Positions 27,931 to 36,109 of a stretch of DNA of 64,000 nucleotides are shown in pieces (the first letter of the stretch is position 1; the number at the start of each line of letters is the position of its first letter). The notes under the pieces were generated by a model, which made no database searches, was not told where the DNA came from, and was given only the letters and a program-made list of their open reading frames with translations. A program made the position numbers and the translations under genes. The stretch lies in contig DAOUTW010000006.1 of assembly GCA_030668485.1 (NCBI GenBank), forward strand, positions 6,717 through 70,716. The letters are read 5' to 3'. The DNA is from Candidatus Zixiibacteriota bacterium. Lineage in GTDB: Bacteria > Zixibacteria > MSB-5A5 > GN15 > JAAZOE01.

Positions 27931-30900
27931 ATGTCCAGATTCGGCATTGACACATGTACTATATCAAGATGCATTTTATCCCTGATAATCATAACGGCCT
28001 TTTTCGCTATCGCGGCTGATGATGGATATGCGCAGGGAATCGATTCCGGTTCGTCTCAGGATGGCGAATGGAAAGGAGTCCCCGATGATTTCCCGGTGAC
28101 CCGGTGGCCGGAAGATTCTCCTATCCGCCCGATCCGTTTTGATCAATGGAAGGCTCGGCAAGCCCCGGCAGCCCCCCTGGAAACAGAGCTGATCTCGCGC
28201 CGGAGCCCGAGTAAAAACGCAGCCGATCGAGGATTGTTCGTCATCATCGTTAATTTCGATTTGCAGACCGCCATACAAACATCACTCGATCAGTATATCG
28301 CCGATCTGATAACGGACGGTTATGAAGTCGAGCAAATCTCCGCTTCCGGTGGCACGCCGGAGGAGTTTCGCGATTTGTTGTATGACAAATATACCGAGGG
28401 TATGCAGGGTACTGTCCTGATCGGCGATCTGCCTATCGCCTGGTACGAAATCAACTGCTGGGACCCGATTGAACATGAGGAGTTCCCCTGCGATCTTTAT
28501 TATATGGATCTCGATGGCGGCTGGGGTGACAGCGATGGCGACGGGATATTCGATTCTCATTACGGCGCGGTCGACCCGGAAATCTGGGTCGGGCGGCTGA
28601 CCGCCTCGCCGATGGGCCTTAACGGCGCTGACGAAGCGACACTGGTTAATAACTATTTTCGCAAAAACCATCTTTACCGAATCGGTCAGTTACCGCTGGC
28701 CGACCGGGCGCTGTTGTACATCGATGACGATTGGCAATATGACAGCACCTGGTGGGGCGATGCCGTAGGTCTGGCATATCCCAGCCCGACGGTTATTGCC
28801 GATCCGTACGAAACGGTAGCCGAAGATTATGAAGATCATCTTGACGACAACTACGAGTTAGTCCAGGTCTGCGCGCACAGCGATCCCCATACTCATTACT
28901 TCAGTACTCCATCAGGCAGCGGCGGTACGACCAGTGTCGGCCGGATGGTAACGATTGATCCTCAGGCAGTGTTTTACAATTTGTTTGCCTGCTCCAACGC
29001 CCGCTATGTAGAAAATGACTATATGGCCGGTTGGTATATCTTCTGTCAGACCTTCGGGCTGGCTTCGGTCGGTAGCACTAAAACCGGTTCGATGCTCAAC
29101 TTCCACGATTTCTACGGTCCTTTTGCTTCCGGGCGCACTATTGGTGAGGCGTTTTTCGACTGGTTCACGGTTATTGTCTGGGATGGGATGGGTGAATCGG
29201 ATATCTGCTGGTTTTATGGCATGACCTTATGCGGCGATCCGACTCTTCTCCCCGGCCTCTCATCCAGCCCCGAATTGCTGGCCTCTGACCTCTCCGACGT
29301 GGTCGGCGATGGCGATTATGTTTTGGAACAGGGTGAGACCGTTGAGTGTCGTTTCGCATTCAAGAATATTGGCGCCGCCACTGCTTCCGATGTCGAAATC
29401 GGATTTTATATCAACGATGCCGCGATAACGATCCTCGATGATTACGCTTATATCGGCGACATCGGGCCCGGAAGCGTCGGGACCAATGATGCCAACCCTC
29501 TGATTTTTTCTATTCCGAGCGATTATACACCCCGGGTCGATTCGATTTATGTAAATCTGATTTGGAACGGGGGCCTATGCGTCGATACCATCGCCTTCGA
29601 ACAGGCGCTGGGAGGCGCTGAGATTATATTGGTCGATGACGACGACAACGATGTTATAGATCAATATTATATCCCTTTTCTCGAAAACAGCTTTATTCCC
29701 TATCATCTCTGGGATGAGGCCGATAGTTTTATTACCGCATCGGCGCTCAATGAATATGATGTTGCCGTCTGGCTGACCGGAGGTTATCGCGCCGATCTTA
29801 TCAATTCTGCGGAAATAACGGCCATGACCGGATATATGGATAATGGAGGTAACCTGTTTTTAACGGGACAGGGGATTGCCGAGCAGTTGAATGCCAGTCA
29901 GCCTGACTTCCTCGGCAATTACCTCAGGTCGGAATACTTGTCAACATCTTATCTGCCGTTGCTGATAGATATTCCGGGGGGCCAGGTTTTTGAATTCGTC
30001 GATTCTATTTGTATCACCGGAGTGGGCGGTCCGACATATCAGACCAATTGCGATCAGATCGGCGCCATCAACGGTGGCGTCGATGAAATCGAATATATGA
30101 CCGAGATAGGGTCCGGTGGGGTGTCTTATGCGGGCGCTTATAAGACGGTCTTTTTCTCTTTTGGTTTCGAATCGGCCCTGAACGGCAACAGCCGCTGGGT
30201 AGATCGCGATTCGCTCTATGGCGACATCCTCGACTTTTTTGAATACTCCCGCCCCTCCAATTATCCGGAGGTTACTACAGTGGAGATCACACCCGGCGAT
30301 CCGATGTGTATGATCGATCATACGCCGGAAATCTCCTGGACTTATTTCGATCCCGGAGCAAATCCCCAGTCGATGTATCATGTTCAGGTCGGCAGCGATG
30401 ATTTTTGGGGTACCGCCGAGATGTGGGATACCGGCCCGATATCGGGGACAGAAACGACCAGAACTTATGACGGTCTTTATCTCGAATGCGGCGAACGATA
30501 TTACTTCCGTGTCCGGGTTTTTAACGGCATCTTATGGTCTGCCTGGACCACAACTTACATTCTGATGAATGCCGTGCCGGTTCCGACCGGAATGACGCCG
30601 TGTAATATGGATGGGGTTTACGATTTCTCGCCCGATCTGACCCATGACAACATGATCGATCCTGAAGGCAGTCCGCTGGTTTATACATACGAATTATATG
30701 AAGATGCAGCGATGACAACTCTGCTGGCTCATGCCGAAGACCAGCCCGCCGGCGGCGGCGGCACTACTTCATGGCCGATTCCGATTACCTTATCGGCTGA
30801 GGAAGATTATTACTGGCGAGTACATTCGCGTGATACGATTGAGGCGGGTCGTTGGAGTGGCCTGGCTTCTTTTGTGGTATTTCCAACCGACCCGGTCGAA

Positions 30901-31113
30901 TATATCTGTGGGGACGCCAATGATGATGAGAGTGTAAATATTGGCGATGCCGTGTTTTTGATTTCGTATATCTTCAAAGGAGGCCCGCCTCCCCAGCAGA
31001 TATGTGTTGGAGATGCCAATGGTGATGGAGACCTCAATGTCGGTGATATCGTATATTTGGTGAGTTATGTATTCAATGGCGGTCCGGCTCCGGTAACTAC
31101 ATGTTGTCCATGA
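27931..31113 (+). CDS. C25 (gingipain)-like clan CD cysteine peptidase with two FN3-like X-modules and C-terminal dockerin-like module
   Basis: Start moved to the ATG at 27931 (GGAGGG RBS; signal peptide MSRFGIDTCTISRCILSLIIITAFFAIAADDGYAQ). C25-type layout: VLIGDLPIAWYE, DLYYMDLDGGW...EIWVGRL, candidate His in VCAHSDPHTHY and Cys in NLFACSNARY. Dockerin-like module at 30907..31110, ending TTCCP. Confidence 0.75.
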   Translation: MSRFGIDTCTISRCILSLIIITAFFAIAADDGYAQGIDSGSSQDGEWKGVPDDFPVTRWPEDSPIRPIRFDQWKARQAPAAPLETELISRRSPSKNAADRGLFVIIVNFDLQTAIQTSLDQYIADLITDGYEVEQISASGGTPEEFRDLLYDKYTEGMQGTVLIGDLPIAWYEINCWDPIEHEEFPCDLYYMDLDGGWGDSDGDGIFDSHYGAVDPEIWVGRLTASPMGLNGADEATLVNNYFRKNHLYRIGQLPLADRALLYIDDDWQYDSTWWGDAVGLAYPSPTVIADPYETVAEDYEDHLDDNYELVQVCAHSDPHTHYFSTPSGSGGTTSVGRMVTIDPQAVFYNLFACSNARYVENDYMAGWYIFCQTFGLASVGSTKTGSMLNFHDFYGPFASGRTIGEAFFDWFTVIVWDGMGESDICWFYGMTLCGDPTLLPGLSSSPELLASDLSDVVGDGDYVLEQGETVECRFAFKNIGAATASDVEIGFYINDAAITILDDYAYIGDIGPGSVGTNDANPLIFSIPSDYTPRVDSIYVNLIWNGGLCVDTIAFEQALGGAEIILVDDDDNDVIDQYYIPFLENSFIPYHLWDEADSFITASALNEYDVAVWLTGGYRADLINSAEITAMTGYMDNGGNLFLTGQGIAEQLNASQPDFLGNYLRSEYLSTSYLPLLIDIPGGQVFEFVDSICITGVGGPTYQTNCDQIGAINGGVDEIEYMTEIGSGGVSYAGAYKTVFFSFGFESALNGNSRWVDRDSLYGDILDFFEYSRPSNYPEVTTVEITPGDPMCMIDHTPEISWTYFDPGANPQSMYHVQVGSDDFWGTAEMWDTGPISGTETTRTYDGLYLECGERYYFRVRVFNGILWSAWTTTYILMNAVPVPTGMTPCNMDGVYDFSPDLTHDNMIDPEGSPLVYTYELYEDAAMTTLLAHAEDQPAGGGGTTSWPIPITLSAEEDYYWRVHSRDTIEAGRWSGLASFVVFPTDPVEYICGDANDDESVNIGDAVFLISYIFKGGPPPQQICVGDANGDGDLNVGDIVYLVSYVFNGGPAPVTTCCP

Positions 31114-31190
31114 ATCGCCGATAGATAATTCCAGAACCGGCAGCCGTTGCTGCCGATTGATGATGAGAAAAAACGAAAAAAGGAACTACC

Positions 31191-34076
31191 ATGAGATGCA
31201 CAACCGGTTTGACAACGAGAGCGTTGATATTGATATCACTGATGTTTTTTACTGGCGCCGTTATGGCAATTATGCCTCCGGCTCCACCGGAATGGTATGA
31301 GCGGATCGATATGCCGATGCCTGAAAATATCAAAAACGGGGTTTATCCGAACTTTGATGTTATCGAGAAAGACCTTGCCCGGGCGGCCAAAAGGCAGCCG
31401 AACAACACTGACAACCTGCTGTTGATCCTGGTGGAATTCAGCGATAACCCGGCCGACCAGCTCAATCATCCGCCTCAGGCGTTTGACGACATGATGTTCT
31501 CTACCGGGGTCGTTCCGACCGGTTCTCTGGTCGAATATTATCAGGAAATTTCCTACGGCGCATTCACACCGGCGGGGACGGTAACGGTCTGGATCACCGC
31601 GCCGCATCCCTATACCTATTATTCCGATGGTAGCTACGGTACCGGATCGTATCCTAACAATTCCCAGGGCCTGTTGGAAGATTGCATCGAGATTCTCGAT
31701 CTGGCCATAAATTTCTCACAATTCGATAATGACGGCGACGGATATGCCGAAGGAATCTTCCTGGTCCATGCCGGGCCGGGAGCCGAGGAAACCGGTGATC
31801 CTGATGACATCTGGTCCCATGCCTGGTATTATGAAGTGGAAACCGACGACGGGACCATGACCGGCCGGTATTCCACCGAACCAGAGGAACATTATGACGG
31901 CAGCATGGTCGCGATCGGCGTTTACTGCCATGAATATGGTCATGTCCTGGGTATGCCCGATCTGTATGATACCGACGGCACGTCGGAAGGGATCGGGGTA
32001 TATTGCCTGATGGCCGGCGGTTCCTGGGGAGCCCTTCCCGGCAACCCGGAACGCCCGACTCATATGTCGGCCGAGATGAAAAGACGCCTTGGCTGGCTGA
32101 CTCCGACAACCGTATCAGGTAATCTGATCGACCTTATAATTCCGCCGGTTGCTACTATTCCGATATGTTATCAGGTTTTCAATCCATCCGATCCGGATGA
32201 GTATTTCCTGATCGAGAACCGGGGCAAGGTCGGTTTCGATTCGCTTTTCCGCGGTGACGGCGGCCTGGCGATCTGGCATGTCGACTGGGACGGCTGGCAG
32301 CAAAATGAAGCCCATCGCTACGTATCATTGGAACAGGCCGACGGCAATGGCGATCTGGAACGCGATTACGGGACCGGCAACCGTCATCCGCGCACTAATC
32401 GTGGCGATGCCGGCGATTTATATCCCGGCTCGGCCGGCAATACTTACTTCAGCTTCTCTTCCCATCCCAGCAGTTATAGCTACAATGATCCGGATGCTTT
32501 CCTGACCCTCAATGAGATCGAAATGTATGGCGATTCTGTTCGGCTCGATCTTTATGCCGCTCCGGATGTACCGATCTATCGCTTCGCTTCGCTTGAAATC
32601 AACGACACCGCCGCCGTCAGTGGTACGCCCGATTTTGATGGCGAGGCCGATTCGGATGAAATAATTGAACTGGTCGTTTCATTAGCCTGTGATGGTGAGG
32701 GCGCTTCAAGCCTTCTGGGAACGATCGTATCATCAGATTCGCGTGTTACAATACTGGACGGCTCCGGCACATTTTCTGCATCGACTCATAATGATTACAC
32801 GACCAACGCCGCCGATCCGTTCCGGGTACAGATCAACTCCGCCGGAAGCGATTCGGCGGTAACTTTCAATCTTAGCCTTGACGCCGATGGCGATGCCTGC
32901 AATCTGCAATTCAAGATGAACATCAATCGGCAGAAGATCCTGATCGTGCTTGATAATAACGGCTCGCATTGGTCAGACAATGTGGTCAAAGCCATGCACC
33001 AATCGGGTTATTCATTCGACGTTTATTCCGTCGCCGAATCCGGAACGACTCAGTATGACGATCTTATTCCATACCATGCGGTGCTGTGGACGACGGCGTC
33101 GTATTTCGGCACCCGCACCTCCAGCGGCGATTATGAATACTGCCTTACTACCGAGGAAACCGATGTCCTGTCGGATTACCTCGATAACGCCGGGCGGCTG
33201 GGACTGTTCAGCCAGGATTATATTTACGATCGTGGCGTCGATGCTTTTGCCTCTGGTTATTTGCATGCTTCCGGCGGCAGTGAGGATCAGATCGCTCAAG
33301 GCTTGACCGGCATTGCGGGAACCGTTTATGATGGTTATGTCGGCAACCTGAAAGAATGGAGTTTCTACGACTATACCGATTTTCTTTATGCTTCCGGCGG
33401 AGCCGAGGTAGTTATGGAGGAATCCTCAACCGGCGGTAATGTCATGCTCAAATATCCATCAACTCCCCAGATCGGTCTTCCTGCGACTACTTTCAGCAGT
33501 TTCAGTATTGAGCGCCTCGATGATGCTTCGCTAGGGGAATTCCTTTCGCTCTGGAGTTCATATATCCTGACCGATATTAATATCGAGGTTCCTATCCCGA
33601 CCATGCCGGCCGATAATGAAACCGTCAGTGTTGCACCGGTATTTGTCTGGACCGCATCGGGTGGTGCTGTCAGTTATAATATCCAGGTGGCAACCGACTT
33701 CGACTTCACCAATATCATCCGCGATACTTCGGTGCCGAGCAACAGCACCGCATTTGCGCAGCCGTTCGACAATGGCGAATATTTCTGGAGGGTTAACGCC
33801 TCGCCTGCCAGCAAAACCGCTTCCGCATACTCTCCGCGTTCTCGGTTTGTTATTTATGCTCCGTACATGTGCGGTGACGCTAATGACGATGATGGTGTCA
33901 ATGTCGGTGATGCCGTTTATGTCATCGCTTATGTGTTCAAGGGCGGACCGCCTCCGCCGTTTATATGTCAGGGCGACGCCAACGGCGATGGCGATGTCAA
34001 TGTCGGCGATGCCGTCTATTTGATCAGCTATGTCTTCAAGGGAGGCCCCGGACCGGTGGAACCATGCTGCCAATAA
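31191..34076 (+). CDS. M6-family (immune inhibitor A-like) metalloprotease with X-module and C-terminal dockerin-like module
   Basis: Motifs: LLLILVEFSD, GSLVEYYQEISYG, IFLVHAGPGAE, and zinc site YCHEYGHVLGMPDLYD. Dockerin-like module at 33870..34073, ending EPCCQ. Only 78 nt separate it from the upstream gene, so co-transcription is likely. Confidence 0.88.
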   Translation: MRCTTGLTTRALILISLMFFTGAVMAIMPPAPPEWYERIDMPMPENIKNGVYPNFDVIEKDLARAAKRQPNNTDNLLLILVEFSDNPADQLNHPPQAFDDMMFSTGVVPTGSLVEYYQEISYGAFTPAGTVTVWITAPHPYTYYSDGSYGTGSYPNNSQGLLEDCIEILDLAINFSQFDNDGDGYAEGIFLVHAGPGAEETGDPDDIWSHAWYYEVETDDGTMTGRYSTEPEEHYDGSMVAIGVYCHEYGHVLGMPDLYDTDGTSEGIGVYCLMAGGSWGALPGNPERPTHMSAEMKRRLGWLTPTTVSGNLIDLIIPPVATIPICYQVFNPSDPDEYFLIENRGKVGFDSLFRGDGGLAIWHVDWDGWQQNEAHRYVSLEQADGNGDLERDYGTGNRHPRTNRGDAGDLYPGSAGNTYFSFSSHPSSYSYNDPDAFLTLNEIEMYGDSVRLDLYAAPDVPIYRFASLEINDTAAVSGTPDFDGEADSDEIIELVVSLACDGEGASSLLGTIVSSDSRVTILDGSGTFSASTHNDYTTNAADPFRVQINSAGSDSAVTFNLSLDADGDACNLQFKMNINRQKILIVLDNNGSHWSDNVVKAMHQSGYSFDVYSVAESGTTQYDDLIPYHAVLWTTASYFGTRTSSGDYEYCLTTEETDVLSDYLDNAGRLGLFSQDYIYDRGVDAFASGYLHASGGSEDQIAQGLTGIAGTVYDGYVGNLKEWSFYDYTDFLYASGGAEVVMEESSTGGNVMLKYPSTPQIGLPATTFSSFSIERLDDASLGEFLSLWSSYILTDINIEVPIPTMPADNETVSVAPVFVWTASGGAVSYNIQVATDFDFTNIIRDTSVPSNSTAFAQPFDNGEYFWRVNASPASKTASAYSPRSRFVIYAPYMCGDANDDDGVNVGDAVYVIAYVFKGGPPPPFICQGDANGDGDVNVGDAVYLISYVFKGGPGPVEPCCQ

Positions 34077-34182
34077 GCGGCCTGTGACAATACCAGCTTG
34101 ACAAATTGGCGATAGGCCATAGTTTATATGTATACTCATCAGTCTATCATCGGAGGGATACCTGAGTACCATAGAATTGTAC

Positions 34183-34299
34183 GTGGTCTATTGCGGCGAT
34201 GCTAATGGCGACGGTTCGGTCAATGTCGGCGATGCCGTCTATTTGATCAACTATGTCTTCAAAGGCGGTCCGGCACCGGTGGAGCCCTGCTGTCATTAA
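34183..34299 (+). pseudogene. Orphan single-repeat dockerin fragment (gene remnant)
   Basis: The frame open from 34123 reads ...[40 protein letters not shown]. There is no ATG, no signal peptide and no catalytic body. Only TTG (34177) and GTG (34183) candidate starts exist, both poorly spaced from GGAGGG. Confidence 0.6.
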
Positions 34300-34336
34300 A
34301 AACCGCCTTGTTACAGGGCAAAGGAGGTTATCATTT

Positions 34337-35746
34337 ATGGGGGAAAAGTATAAGTCGATAATCTTCGGTGTATTTTGCATCTCTGTATTGTCATTTTTAA
34401 TGTATATGCCGATTGCGGCCCAGGATACCGTCTGGACACAAAGTTTTGGGGGTACAGTCAACGACTTCCTGTTTGCTGTCGAACCGACTTCGGATGGGGA
34501 GTTTATTTCGACAGGGGCCTACGATGATGGGCCTTCCGAAGTATACCTGGTCAAATTCGATGCTCAGGGTGATACTGCCTGGACCAAGACTATCGGTCCG
34601 GCCGGCAGAAATATCGGATTGGCGGTAAGGCAAGTTTCCGACGGCGGCTTCATTATTGCTGGTTATTATGATTACGGTGCGGCCTCGGACGGGTATTTGA
34701 TCAAAACCGACCAGGACGGGGGGGTGGAATGGGAAACGACCGCGGGGGAATATCGCACTATTCGTTTTCGTGATGTTCTCGAAACATCCGAGGGCAGTTT
34801 CATGATCGGTGGATATGCGTTTGACAACGATATGAATACCTTTGCCCGTCTGGTCCGCTATGATCGATATGGAGACATCGATATCCTGCATCAGCCTATG
34901 CCATCATACCTGACCGAATGGTACCTGCGCCGGATATACAGCATCGTGACATCTGATGACGAGGGATTTATTGTATCCGGTTTCACGACCGACATTTACG
35001 ACTTATGGGCAGTTGACTTATGGATCTCCAAAACCGATTCCAATATGAATCTTCTGTGGGAGAAAACCTATTCGCTGCCGGATATTTCCGGAAGCTGGGA
35101 TATCTCGACGACCTCCGATGGCGGTTGTATCATCGCCGGGTATAGTGGAGATATGGAATACGAACAAGAGGATTTATGGCTGGTCAAAACCGATGGAAAC
35201 GGCGACACCCTCTGGACTAATGATTTCCCAAGCCCCGGCAATGATCGCATTATGGCGGTAAAACAAACCCTTGACGGCGGCTATATCCTGGCCTGCACCA
35301 TGGGCGCGGATGACGCCCTTTATGGCGGCACCGGGTGGTTGATCAAAACCGATGCCGCAGGTGATTCTCTCTGGTCCTATAAATTCTTCCCCGAGTCTTC
35401 GGATACATCGAGCGTTTTTTACGATGTGGAGCAGATCAGCGAAACCGATTATATTGTAGTGGGAAGCGTATATCCGGGTACCATGGAAGATAGTGATGTA
35501 CTTATTACGAGAATTTCAACTGCGCCCCAGGTTTATGTTTGCGGTGACGCCAATGGCGATGGGAGTGTTAATGTCGGAGATGCGGTGTTTCTCATCAACT
35601 TTGTTTTCAGCGGCGGTCCCGCGCCCGATCCGGAATGTACCGGCGAGGCCAACGGCGATGGCACTCTCAATGTCGGCGATGCTGTCTATTTGATTAACTA
35701 TATCTTCAAAGGCGGGCCGGCTCCGGTGGAGCCCTGCTGCCGGTAG
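34337..35746 (+). CDS. Secreted repeat (beta-propeller-like) protein with C-terminal dockerin-like module
   Basis: Start moved to the ATG at 34337 (AAGGAGG RBS; signal peptide MGEKYKSIIFGVFCISVLSFLMYMPIAAQ). Repeating units are of the type SDGGFIIAGY...YLIKTDQDGGVEW, TSDGGCIIAGY...WLVKTDGNGDTLW and TLDGGYILAC...WLIKTDAAGDSLW. Dockerin-like module at 35540..35743, ending EPCCR. Confidence 0.8.
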   Translation: MGEKYKSIIFGVFCISVLSFLMYMPIAAQDTVWTQSFGGTVNDFLFAVEPTSDGEFISTGAYDDGPSEVYLVKFDAQGDTAWTKTIGPAGRNIGLAVRQVSDGGFIIAGYYDYGAASDGYLIKTDQDGGVEWETTAGEYRTIRFRDVLETSEGSFMIGGYAFDNDMNTFARLVRYDRYGDIDILHQPMPSYLTEWYLRRIYSIVTSDDEGFIVSGFTTDIYDLWAVDLWISKTDSNMNLLWEKTYSLPDISGSWDISTTSDGGCIIAGYSGDMEYEQEDLWLVKTDGNGDTLWTNDFPSPGNDRIMAVKQTLDGGYILACTMGADDALYGGTGWLIKTDAAGDSLWSYKFFPESSDTSSVFYDVEQISETDYIVVGSVYPGTMEDSDVLITRISTAPQVYVCGDANGDGSVNVGDAVFLINFVFSGGPAPDPECTGEANGDGTLNVGDAVYLINYIFKGGPAPVEPCCR

Positions 35747-36109
35747 ACTGAAAATCATCACGGCCAGGCCTTCGGTCGCCTCCTGGAGGCCTAATCTATT
35801 AAGAGACAATTGATTATCATGGCGATCGCCGGCCGGTCACGGTTTATTTTGTTTTGTTTTGTGTTGTATAATTATAGATAATGCAATATATTGATTACAC
35901 ATTTGAAGGCTTGTTCCGTCTTCAACTGTGGGAGGGTAATTGTTTTCAAATTGTGCTTCATCCTCGATCTTTCGCTAACGTTTGCCCAACCAAAGAAGCC
36001 AATCAATTACGCACCGGGATTTTTTATGCCAAAGTATTGTCATGGATGTCAAATTCAGAAGAGGCGCGTGCGCTCCTTTGCGACACGCCGCCCTTCTCGG
36101 GAGGGTATC

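Noticed and set aside
35891-36109. Upstream start choices given by the ORF track for several genes (35891, 27853, 34253, 39016, 40308, 41749, 44774, 2130)
   Set aside because: In each case an internal ATG lies 5-9 nt after an AAGGAGG/GGAGGG RBS and opens directly with a canonical signal peptide. The upstream extension has no protein-like features or overlaps the previous gene.
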